DNA from: Balanoglossus misakiensis
Taxonomy: Eukaryota; Animalia; Hemichordata
NCBI GenBank assembly: GCA_040954595.2
Contig: CM082583.2
Location: 3,853,060-3,917,059 of the forward strand
Reading direction: 5' to 3'
DNA: 64,000 nucleotides
Shown: positions 1-16,479 of the stretch, piece after piece
Numbering within the stretch: the first letter of the stretch is position 1
Layout of the letters: each line of letters starts with the position of its first letter
Translations under genes and position numbers: made by a program
Notes under the pieces: model-generated
The model's database searches: none
What the model was told of the DNA's origin: nothing
What the model saw: the letters and a program-made list of their open reading frames with translations, nothing else

Positions 1-264
1 GTCAAACAAGTGTACCGCAATGTGACCGAGACTATCGTTTGCATCGTAGAACGTTGCAATTCTCGAGTTGCCAGTCAGTTAGTTTAGCATTTGTTTCGAC
101 TCTGGCTTACAATAGACGTGTCGTGAACCCAACTACGAATGAAATGTAGCAAGGCTGTGTATGTATGTAATCCGTTTCATAACAACTGATGCATGCACAT
201 TCGACATAGCAAACATCACTTGAAGCACTGACACGTTAACTTTTTTCAACTGGGAGGGCCATAA

Positions 265-1372
<1,108 letters not shown>

Positions 1373-1570
1373 AATGTTTTGTAATATACTAGCCTTTTCA
1401 CCACATTAAAGAACATTTCAGTGGAATTATCTATTCTCTGTGTTATTTCAAGTGAACTGTGTGTGCGTGTGCTCTGTGCTGCATTGGTTTTCTCTGTGGA
1501 TTATCTGTGAGGTGTGACTGGCATACAAGAGATTCTCGTAACTTGCTTCTTCATTAGTACATGTAGAAGC

Positions 1571-1671
1571 AGTCTGATTAAAATCAGATGTAGGGAACGG
1601 CGACTTGGTTTTTTTATGCTGTCATAAAAAAAAATAAGTCGCCGTTCCCTACATCTGATTTTAATCAGATT
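1571..1671. mobile_element. Short palindromic MITE-like element
   Basis: AGTCTGATTAAAATCAGATGTAGGGAACGGCGACTT...AAGTCGCCGTTCCCTACATCTGATTTTAATCAGATT forms a near-perfect inverted repeat; a related copy lies at 49208-49343. Confidence 0.75.
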
Positions 1672-2944
1672 GATGTAGAAGTAAACAAGATGGGTGTCAA
1701 ACACCTTGGCTTAGAGCTCCAATAACTAACTTAGGGCACTTTTAAGTCTTCTGTGTGTATCCGCCATGGTTTATCATTAACGGGACAAAAGTTGCTTTTT
1801 ATATGGAAAGTTGTGTATGCTGTTTGGTCATCTGTAAACAAACCCAGTTCTGCTTGTAGCATGTGTAGACAGAATGTGTGTCACTTGTGTCTATGACAGA
1901 AAGATGTTGAATACGGTGGACGACAAGGTCTATCAGGGCACTTGGTATTTAGGGGGGGGGGGGGGTCTCTATATGGATTTTGTGTTTTCCTGGGATGGCA
2001 TTCTAAATGCCAGGGATCACACCAAGTCGATTGAGGGCGCTCTGGGTGGAGGTATAGAGCGCCCTCAACGACAACCTTACAGTTCACCAAAATCACTGCT
2101 TTTGGCATCACCAATATTACACTTACAGGACCAAAATGGACGATTTTCACAGGGGCTAGTGATCAGTTGATCATTCATCAAATTCAATAGAAGGGTCTAA
2201 TATCGTGGGTCCAGAATCAGCCCAATTCTAGATTTGGGGGTATAGTATTTACAAACATCCCTATCAAGATATTTCACTGTATAGCGAGTGACAATGTTGA
2301 TGTGTGTGACACTTGTCCATTCTACCAATATCATCAAATGCAACAGTTGAATTTCTGACTGAGCATGCAAACGTCATAGTTCACAGCAGACAAAAGTTGT
2401 TCAAGGTTCAGAAAAAATTCTGCAGACTGTTTGTACAAGCCTTACTGGACTGCAATATATTCTGGATGTTCGTATCAAATCAACATACCGTAATGATTTT
2501 TGCATGAATGTCTCGACAGGGCATGTAACAAAAGCCAACAGTCACCGAAGGTTAAAGCAGATATCAAGATGCACACATTCCAAACTTCCATTCATTAGAT
2601 TCCAAATTCCTTCTGATGCAAACAGAACTATGAACAGTTGGTAAATAAAATATTTTTATTTCACTCCAAGAAACTACACATCAAAACAGTTACAATGCCA
2701 CACTGTTTCAAAACAACAGACATGAGTATTACTCGGTACTGAGTTCAAGCATAACCTGTGGCTAGATACTAAAAAGTGAAGTTGGTATCGAAAAGGGTTG
2801 CCAAAATATCTACAAGAAAAAAATCAGAGGCCAATAGACGCAGCACAGGCAATAATACCACACACGTTCCTGGAGCGTTATTTGAACCAATTCAACTTCA
2901 TTTCGGTGTTTCCCGATTTCATCAACGGCCAAATCAGACCAACT

Positions 2945-3250
2945 ATTATATTATACCAGTATATTGATGGTGTAAATCACGCTATTTGATTGGTCGAGAC
3001 ACGACACATGACCATGATATATTAGCCATATACCACAGTCATATATCATAGTCAAAGAAACTGCCTTTTTACAATGTTTTATGCAAACTGGCATAATATA
3101 ATAGCAATAAAACACCCCCAGCCATGGTATACCACTCGATTTTGACCAGTTCAACTCCATATACGCACTCGCTATCGCTCGTGCGTATATGTCGTGAACT
3201 GGTCAAAATCTCGTGGTATACCATGGCTGGGGGTGTTTTATTGCTTAAAT
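2945..3250. mobile_element. Non-autonomous repeat ending in a ~140-bp hairpin (3103-3245)
   Basis: AGCAATAAAACACCCCCAGCCATGGTATACCAC...GTGGTATACCATGGCTGGGGGTGTTTTATTGCT inverted repeat with a CGCTATCGCTCG centre; same architecture as the element at 16659-17120. Left boundary approximate. Confidence 0.7.
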
Positions 3251-3414
3251 ATTCAATACTGATAAAGCACCTTTCTAGCTCTCTGCTCGGTTTGCACATC
3301 CTTCTAAAAATTTGATTCTCTAACAGAAATTTAATGGTTTGGTGAACAACAAGCAATGACACGGCCATAGTATATCACTATCTGTACATCATGCAGGATT
3401 GCAATATTTGTCTA

Positions 3415-7629
<4,215 letters not shown>

Positions 7630-7638
<9 letters not shown>

Positions 7639-7830
7639 CTTGCTTGTGTAATCCGGGCACGAAAACAGAGGTCACGAGCGAGAGGTCACACCGGTGCGAG
7701 ATTTAGAGCGAGAGTACAGCTTCTCTGTCGAAAAAAGACAGAGCAACTCAAGATAGTGCATCGGCAAAATAACACGGGAACAGACAATGGGGCAATATCA
7801 GATGGATATATCCTTTTCTAAAGGTATGCA
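7630..7830. promoter_or_regulatory. Probable bidirectional promoter shared by NDUFS7 and the 478-aa ORF gene
   Basis: CpG-richer stretch; YY1-type AAGATGGCGGC overlaps the NDUFS7 ATG; AGGTCA at 7669 and 7683. A plus-strand donor AG/GTATG (about 7822) and an acceptor TTTCAG (about 8381) precede the ORF at 8512. Confidence 0.55.
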
Positions 7831-8511
7831 CTTAACCTGGGATGCTAGTTTATTTGTTAGCCAGTTTACCGTGTTCGTAACGTAGGGTGGGTACCGAGTA
7901 TCGAGTACTGTACATGTACATAGGGGATTGTGAATCCCCACTTCGCAAAAACACAAAAGTACATTCATTTTGCTGACAAATAGCTTCACCCTGTCTGTGG
8001 CTGCTCCACGATCTAGCCATTTTAACTCTCGCTTCGCTTTGTCACCAAAATAATTAAGAAATAATTCAGTGTTGTAGAATGTATATAACTTCGCTAGAGA
8101 CATAAACAAACAAATAAGGTCACGGATCAACGCAGAATATATAAACACAAACCCCACCCATACTCCATGGACTGATTTTGTTTTGAGAGCCTGAGGGGGG
8201 ACGGGCGGAAAGAGGTTTAATAGCAATCTCCCATATTTTTAAAATAGGTACATACGCCTTCAATAATTTGAGGTATCATTATATTTATTTATTATTTAAA
8301 TTAAATGTTTTTATGTTATAATTATTTATTATTATCTTTAAAGGAATCAAGTGAACTATTGTTTTTCTTTTTTTCTTTCAGAGGTAAAGATTACAATCAT
8401 TTGCAAGCTACCACATGTATCCAGACACTAAAGACATCATTGGAATACGTTATGTAGGCACAGTGATACATGTAGTTCTAACTTGGTCGTCCACAGAAGG
8501 CAAACATTGAG

Positions 8512-9948
8512 ATGGAAGGGGAAAATCCAAGTGAGATTGAGAACAAGTCAGACGGAGACAAGAAGAAGTATGCTGCAGCTGTGTGTGTGTGTTACTCCAA
8601 GGTTGCTGGAGAAACAGTGACTGGCTCATCTGAAATGTCATCCAGTCTGGGCTCGTGTACAAGTGAGCAAGCAACACAGTCCAACCCCATGCACTCGGGA
8701 AGTACAATGGCGGATGATATACACCCACAGATACTTGTTATTTCGAGAAACAAGGACGGTTATCAGATCAGTAAAAATAACAATATTTTAGAGTTGAGTT
8801 CAGATGCTGCATCGAATGGTAGAAATGACAACTGTGATGTTGCTGACATTGAAATTGACGACATCGAGGAAGATGATGAGGATGATGATGATGGAAATAC
8901 TGATGATGACAATGATGGTGATATGGTTGATGCGGACAGTGACGGTAGCAGTAGTCAAGACGGGGAAAGAGAGAGCGAAAGACAAGTGTGTATTCAAACG
9001 ATATCATCCCGTAGTGTGGAAACTCTTACCAACATGACTATACAGAATGTCATGCAGACCACCACGAACATGTCAAGCTCTCGTAGTCGTCTCAATTCAC
9101 AGAGAGAGTTGTACGTGCTTTTAATTGCTGAAAGCATGGTGGATAATGCGATTAATAATGTGCTGGAGAGTCTGGGGATGTCCCCTCCGGGAGTGAGACG
9201 AATCGTAAATGCCGGAATTGCCACAGCTATCCGACAGCAAGGTTTGAGACTGAACTCCGGGAATAGATCCTCCAGGCGAGATGCCAAGACATCTAGAAGT
9301 TCCTCCAAGACAGGTGAACAAACAACGCAACGAGCGTTGTTATCGCATTGTCGAAGCAGAGCGGATGTCTGTAGTAGACTGCTAGTAAATGCGACACAGT
9401 TAGGAAAACAGTGCAATCTTCACTGTGACAGTAAGCAGACATCCAAAACAGGAGATAAGGTGGCGATAGCTGGTGCCAACTCCACACCTGGAACCAGCAA
9501 GTCATTCCAGCTAATTAAAGAGGAAGGAAGTGATCAAAAAGCCGATTCCAGTGCTCAGGGCAGTGATCCCAAGGGGAAGAGACTCGTCAATGGAAGGAAA
9601 AGAAAATTCCGGACTAAGGAACAAAGTGCAACTCCATGTAAAGCCATGAAAACGACTGCGGAAGATAAAAGTTGTGCAGCTTCAGAATCTCACATCAAAC
9701 CTTTGGACAAAGATGGCTGCCAGGACCAGACAGCAACGGGTTCAGCAAACTCTTCCAAGGATGCGTGTGCATGTAGCAGTGATCAGCCAGCTGCATGTAG
9801 TCATGGCTTTTTGCAACACAGCGCCGTTAAAACAGATGTTATGAATGAAAAAACAGTAGTAGACGGGTGCTTGGATCCGTGTTTTAAAGATGTCGAGGAT
9901 GAAGCCTTAATGTGTGCCATAAATGAACAAGGACTCTTTATGAAGTGA
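8512..9948 (+). CDS. Uncharacterised 478-aa, largely disordered protein; single coding exon
   Basis: 1.4-kb open frame in AT-rich DNA with an acidic tract, a basic NLS-like KGKRLVNGRKRKFR and a repeated AI-x-[QE]QGL motif; upstream splice acceptor and downstream AATAAA (about 10512 and 10638). Confidence 0.75.
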   Translation: MEGENPSEIENKSDGDKKKYAAAVCVCYSKVAGETVTGSSEMSSSLGSCTSEQATQSNPMHSGSTMADDIHPQILVISRNKDGYQISKNNNILELSSDAASNGRNDNCDVADIEIDDIEEDDEDDDDGNTDDDNDGDMVDADSDGSSSQDGERESERQVCIQTISSRSVETLTNMTIQNVMQTTTNMSSSRSRLNSQRELYVLLIAESMVDNAINNVLESLGMSPPGVRRIVNAGIATAIRQQGLRLNSGNRSSRRDAKTSRSSSKTGEQTTQRALLSHCRSRADVCSRLLVNATQLGKQCNLHCDSKQTSKTGDKVAIAGANSTPGTSKSFQLIKEEGSDQKADSSAQGSDPKGKRLVNGRKRKFRTKEQSATPCKAMKTTAEDKSCAASESHIKPLDKDGCQDQTATGSANSSKDACACSSDQPAACSHGFLQHSAVKTDVMNEKTVVDGCLDPCFKDVEDEALMCAINEQGLFMK

Positions 9949-12528
9949 AGGAGCTTCAAAATGAGGCGGCATTTGTTGTTGTTGTTGAAGAACATCCTCT
10001 GAAATTCCGCATTTAGAATACTCACTTCAATTCAATGATACTTCATTCATCAAAAAAAATGGGCGATTACATGTAAAGCCCCAGTAATGCGCTATATGCT
10101 AACTTTGGACTTGGTAACTACACAAGGTGTAAAACACCTTTATCATTGCAACAGAGCGTGTTTTTGCTGGACACTGAGACACTATGATGTCATACATGTT
10201 AGCATCATTTTGAGTGTTGCTTGGCAAGTTGGTTACTCGCTGCTTCAAGTTGATCGGCAAGTTTTAGTCCCGTATGTATTGCCTGTGTGTTTTAAGACTT
10301 TAAATTTTATGGGAGGGGGTGCAGTGTCCTCCCCAGGATTGTTGGCAAACATGGTGGCTAATTTGAATATTAATTTGCATAAATATTTACATAAATTAAC
10401 ATACCATGGGGGGGGGAGCCGTTTGGCATTTCCATTCAAGCCACCTTCATTTAGCAGTATGTGTTATACAATTTTTTGAGATACATAGTTTTTTTTAAAC
10501 TTTGGTCAGATAATAAACTGACACCACAGCCATGTTTTACTTATGCAGTGTATTGTATCTGCTATCAACAAGTAAAATTATGCTGACCAGTACATTATCA
10601 TGTTTTCATGTGACTGTATACGTTGGAAATTCTGACAATAAAGGTAATTTACTTGTACTGATATGTTGCCACTTGTGCTAGAGAAATTGATATTTGAGTA
10701 CAATTATCTGTACAAACACATATGACAAGCAACTTCTTTCAATCAGCCCAGGGATAGAGACAGACAGACAGACACTCACCAACCACACCAACTGGCAGTT
10801 AATAAAAGAATAGCTGGTTCTCTTTCTAACAGCTTTCAGGACTGTGAGGTTGATATAAGATACATGCATACCAATTTTCAAAGCATTTTTCAAGCTAATT
10901 TGCATATTTTGGGGAATGACAACTTCGTTTGAACAAACTTCCATCTACAGCCCAGCATGCATCTACACACCAGTTATCGAGGTGGTAAGCGCAGTTTTTT
11001 TGATGTGGACGGACATACACACAGCCATCCATGCATACAGGTGCAACCGGTCCCATAAGGTCCCATGGTGTATATACATATACCAAATGGGACCTAATAA
11101 AAATATGCATAATCTGCCAATACCCCTTTGTACTGCTGTCAAGATATTAAGATCAAAGTGAACTTTTGAAGTGCAATGAGTCAGGAATGAAAATTTGGGG
11201 AGGGTGGAAAATTGACCCACAACTGAGGAACAGTTTACTATTTTTGTTAGATGACACTTCCTTGCATTGTTATGTATCATTGTTGATTGTTTGTGCTGAC
11301 GTGCTGTATTGTTATGTGACTTCTTGTTTTTACAATGTAACTGACCATGTAAGTACATGTACTACATATTTGACCTATGATCATGCATGCTTTTCCTAAA
11401 ATGTGTTGAACACTGGATATTTTTTCCAACGTATTTTCAACATAGATTTACAGTTAATATATATTCATGAAAATCATATGAAAGATTGAATGACAATAAT
11501 TTAAAGTTATTAACCTATTCTTCGATATCAAATGACGTCAGACACGCTCAGACGGCAGTTACGTTGGCATTCGAATTTCCAGCTGACGGGCAACTTCGTC
11601 TACGTGGTCCAGACAAAAACTGTGCAGATGAAACTCCATGAGGCTGATAAGACAACGTACCTGATACATGTTAGGTGTCTGGCAGTTCTAAAGTAAAAAC
11701 ATGCTTAGAAAAACTTTTACTGGATGATGAAATATTGCTTGCCCGTCATCTGAAAATGACAATGCCATGGGCCACATGGCCAGATCACGTGATTGATAGT
11801 TAAGAATGTTTTCTTCTCGGAAAAACGGATTATACAAACCAAGTCGTGATAGTAGTCTGACGTTTTCACATTTGCATATTAACTCTTACCATAATGCATT
11901 TTCAGATGGCAGATATATGCTTAGATTCGTGGCTATTGCATTAGGTGGCCAGATGGACAGGATGTTCTGCAGGCAAAACTCTTATGTGACATACACGTCT
12001 AACCAAGAAAAGACCTTAGCATAATTTCACCTGGGATTATAAATCTCGTGATTTCAGTATTTTGACCAGGTGGAGTATATACTATAAATAGGGGGACTGC
12101 TTATGCTTATTTAACAACCTTCCGAAACGAGTTGGATATCTTTTGCAGCTATTTGAGGTAAGAAACACTCAAAAATTATTTGCTGTACAGATCTGTTATC
12201 AGTTTTTATCGAAGATTTGCAAGTTATTGCCACAGACTGATCTATACCGATGGCGATGCTTTAATGTTTGGGCAGTGTTACACTTGCTTCTAATTTTTAC
12301 TTTTTCAATTATATTATATTCAAAGCAATCAAGACATCCTAATAGATCAATGATACATGTATATTAATTTTTACAACTGGTGTGAAATTGAAGATTGCAT
12401 AGAAGAGTTTAGTATAGCTAAAATTTAGAGCTCTCTCAAAACATTTTCTTAATACATGTCATGATTCTGTTCTTACGATTATCAAACACTTTCTCTGCTA
12501 ATGTTTATTTCACAGAAATAAAAACACC

Positions 12529-14994
12529 ATGGTTTCGATCTTCTGTTTCCTGATTGTCTGTTCTATTTATGTGTTTGATGTCGAATCAAGTACAGTATGT
12601 CAGTCTTCATATTACTCTTAAATGTTAAATTACTTGTGTTTGCAATTTTTCACAGTAAAATATGAAGAACATCTTAACATATGCGATCTAGCCAATCACA
12701 GATTTTCAGTGGGTGGCACACATGAAAATAGAGTGCCACCGTATGTTCCTTACAACACATGCGATTTTTGCCATTTATTGACATGTAAATTGGAGGTGAC
12801 TGTGTACCTTTAAAGCCCATACATATAAAATCAATACAGAAAAAGGCGAAAATAAATAGTCGCAAACAGTCACCTCAGTTGATTTCGCGAAAACATTCCC
12901 ATTTTACAGTAAATCTTATAATACTTTTAAAATAGTGGCCTCCGCTGTTTTACAAATAATCTTGTTTTAACCTGCAGGGACATTCACCCTGTGGTCCAAG
13001 CGTAATAACGGTAATTTGGTTCATTTTCATATTTTTGTTGTTGCATATTTTCTGTGATTATAACTAGGACCTCTGCACAGGATCTGTGTTGTACAGAAGT
13101 TATTTCCACGAGAGTGTATTACACAGTAGTACTTTCACAATCGGGTCCGGCGAGTGACATTATATCAAATTATCCACATGCTGTAAATTGTCATCTTTTG
13201 GTTTTGTTTTCTGGACCACAGAAATAGCTTTTCTCGTGATTATTGGAACATGATGTGATGTCATATTTCTGCTATTTCGCAATATGCCTGAAAGAACATA
13301 ATTGAATTGCAGTTGTACAATATTTGTATTTGAAATTCATGTTCCTTGTCTTTCTCTTCCTGTATTCGTTTTTTTTTTATGCTGAGAAAGTATGATTACC
13401 AAGGTAAGATGCAATTTTATACATAGATCCAATTATTGCTTCTGACAATTGTGCGTAACTATAAATGATTGATGTGTGTGTATCTGTCAAACAGCTATGA
13501 GGTGCAGTATGCAAAAAATTAAAAAAAAAGAGTACGCGCTCAAGCTGGGAAAATCATGTCAACTTTCTTCTTTTATAATAACGACCGCGGAATTGGTGTT
13601 GATTAAAACTTTTTTTACCGTGTTCATTGATGGACATAAATCTCTGTATGAAAATACATTGTAATGTCATATCACTTGCGTTCCGCCGTATATGTATGTT
13701 TCTGCATACGATTGTAGGATACAGCTCTCTGAAAACTAAAGACGATGACTGCATGTGCATAAAGTATGAATATTACTGTCAGCAACCTGACGGCGAGTAC
13801 TATCAGGAAGCCGAAAATTTCTGCAAAGCGAGATGCTTAGTGACTGGAGGGTCCTTCGGTAGACTTGCAATTCTCAACAGTCAAGAACGGTACGACCACG
13901 TCCTGAACCATATCATCGATAACCAACTGGACAATGAGGATTGTATTCCAAACTATGGTTTCTGGATCGGTCTGACGGATCGCTTCACAGAAGGGAGCTT
14001 CATCTGGGCTGATGGCGAGGCCCTGTGCCCGGGTGAATTTAGTGCCTGGGCCCCCGGGGAACCCAATAACAACACCAACAAGAATCCCACAGAGGGGCAA
14101 GATTGTGTTCAGTTATGGTAAGAGGACTCCGTGATAATAACCATATTATTGCCTAGTTTATGTTATATGACGTTGGATATTACAGATTTTGATTATTTTA
14201 TCCAAATTTCATTATTACTATTGTGAATTTTAAGATATTAAAAGGTAACACCAGACCGAAATCTTAAAATTCATTAGTGAGCAGCCTAACCATAGACACT
14301 GTCTATGGCCTAACTGATTAATAATCAGACAGAAACTATAGATATTTTGCTTATATGTAAATCAATATTTGACGAATAACTCATTTAACATGTAACATCT
14401 ACAAACAAAACCAGTCATCGAGTCTTAAATATTGCAAGAAATTGGTGTGCATATTGTAGTATATGGACACGATTATTAATGTGATGTGGTAGGGAATATA
14501 CTGGCCATAATGGTGGATCTGTACAACTGTACTGTTTTTGATAATGTGGTCAAGTAGAAAATAAGTAATGTTATTCCTACAGGTTTCGATTTGGTCACAA
14601 TGGCTTATGGGATGATGAATATTGTGCCGTACGTTCAAAAGGCTTTGTGTGTGAAATTCAAGGTAAGAATCAGATATCTGTCTGCTTCACTGTCGTATCA
14701 AGTGTAGATTGTATACAGACATGACAGTCCCTTCTCATTTTTGCATGCCTGAGTATTTATACAGATGGGTTTGTTTGAGTATTGGCACATGTGCGTGTGT
14801 CACAATGTGTGAGACACACAGACAAACAAGTGAAACATAGACAGGTAAAACAAAGGCAAGCTGATAGAGACTTAAACTATAGTCAGAAATCATTACTGTA
14901 CTACTGTACTGTCAATGTATATTATTTTCATACGGCTTTGTTATTATTTTCAGATCCATGCTGCAGCACTTTCCCATCTTCTGGAGGCAAGTAA
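12529..14994 (+). CDS. Secreted single-CRD C-type lectin (EPN/WDD); exons ~12529-12589, 12978-13010, 13718-14117, 14583-14662, 14954-14994
   Basis: Signal peptide MVSIFCFLIVCSIYVFDVES; CTLD motifs AENFC, LAILNS, FWIGLTD, EGSFIWADG, WAPGEPNN, QDCV, WDDEYC, FVCE; TATAAATA at about 12083. The exon-1 donor (GTACAG) is the weakest part of the model. Confidence 0.88.
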
Positions 14995-16479
14995 AGCTTT
15001 TGATCATGCAGTAACTAGGCGTCGACCGTGGAACATGCCCCATTTGACAATCAGCCAGTCAAATATGAGATTGTAGCATAGACTCTTAATTTTAATTGCA
15101 TGCAGATATTGTAATTCATCATTTTGATGGAGCAGAACTTAATTTTAGTAAATGAAGGATTACCTGGAAGTTTATCAATTTAGAATGCTATTAGAAATAA
15201 AATTATACTGGTACTATATTAAATGCACATCGTATTGTGTGAGGCTTTCATTAATATGCAAGTGCGAGTATGTGTGTATGGGCCTGCAAACAATGTTTCA
15301 AAGTAACGAAGAAGTCTATGCAGGATTTCATGTACTTAAGCTTCCCCTTATAAATATGTACTTGCAAAAATAATTTCCCAAACAACCTGACCAGTTGTTG
15401 TGTCTCAGATATTTGGGTATTTTCAGAATGTTTTTCGCTTCATATGCATATGCTGGTAGTGACGATTTATTTTGAAAATTCTCCTGATCCCATACACAAG
15501 TACAATACACAATACTGATGTAATTATCAGATGTTGTTCTCAACTATTGCAGCAGGTGGACATCCATCTATTCAGGACACATACATACATGCATACATAC
15601 ATACAGACTGAATGACCCCCAAATGAACACACGAAAGGTACCTCTGTTATACATATACCAAATAAGAACAAAAACTTCTGATTTCTCAATATAAAAAGAC
15701 AAGCATGGACAATCTCAACTCTTTGGTTTCAAGATTACTTCATCAAACTTTCATGTGGAAGATTACCTTCCTATATCATGAATAAGAATTCTACTTTAAA
15801 AAGTAGTTAACAGAGAGTTCCACAAACATTTCTCACAGAGTTTGAAAGACAATGTTACCAGTGGAAGCCCACTGAAGTCTTTGTATTAATCTATGTCCTT
15901 GATGCTGATTTTCATATTAAAATATTTCTGCAGAAACATATTTCAAATAATCTCCTGACATGAATAAAATTTTCTGTTGCGCAAGGCAAATATGATGAAA
16001 TAGTAAAAAATTACTTTGATTCATTACTGTTTGGATATAATTTGTAATTTGCATATAATATACATATATTTTCATATTATAATAGTATCAAAAGTCTACT
16101 TTGAACAATTGGAATATATACAGGCATTTTTTGCATGATTAAAAATATCATCATGAAATTCCAAAATAGTGATTTTATAAAAAGCAATATAGTGGCCAAA
16201 AGTTTCCCCCAGAAATGGACATAATGGCAATGCATTGGAACACATTTCTCTTGTAAATATAAGTTACACTACATAAGGCACTAATATCCTACTACACACA
16301 CTTTCTAGTTCTTGTGAATATCTGTGAATTTATGGCAACCGGTAATTTATGAGATTATGTATTTTCTGGTGAATGCAGATCACCTGATTCACGATTCAAC
16401 TACAGATTTAAACCATTTTCGTGACATGTCTCCATCTATGGAGAACTTCATATTTTCAGCAATCTCTTTATGAAAGTCT

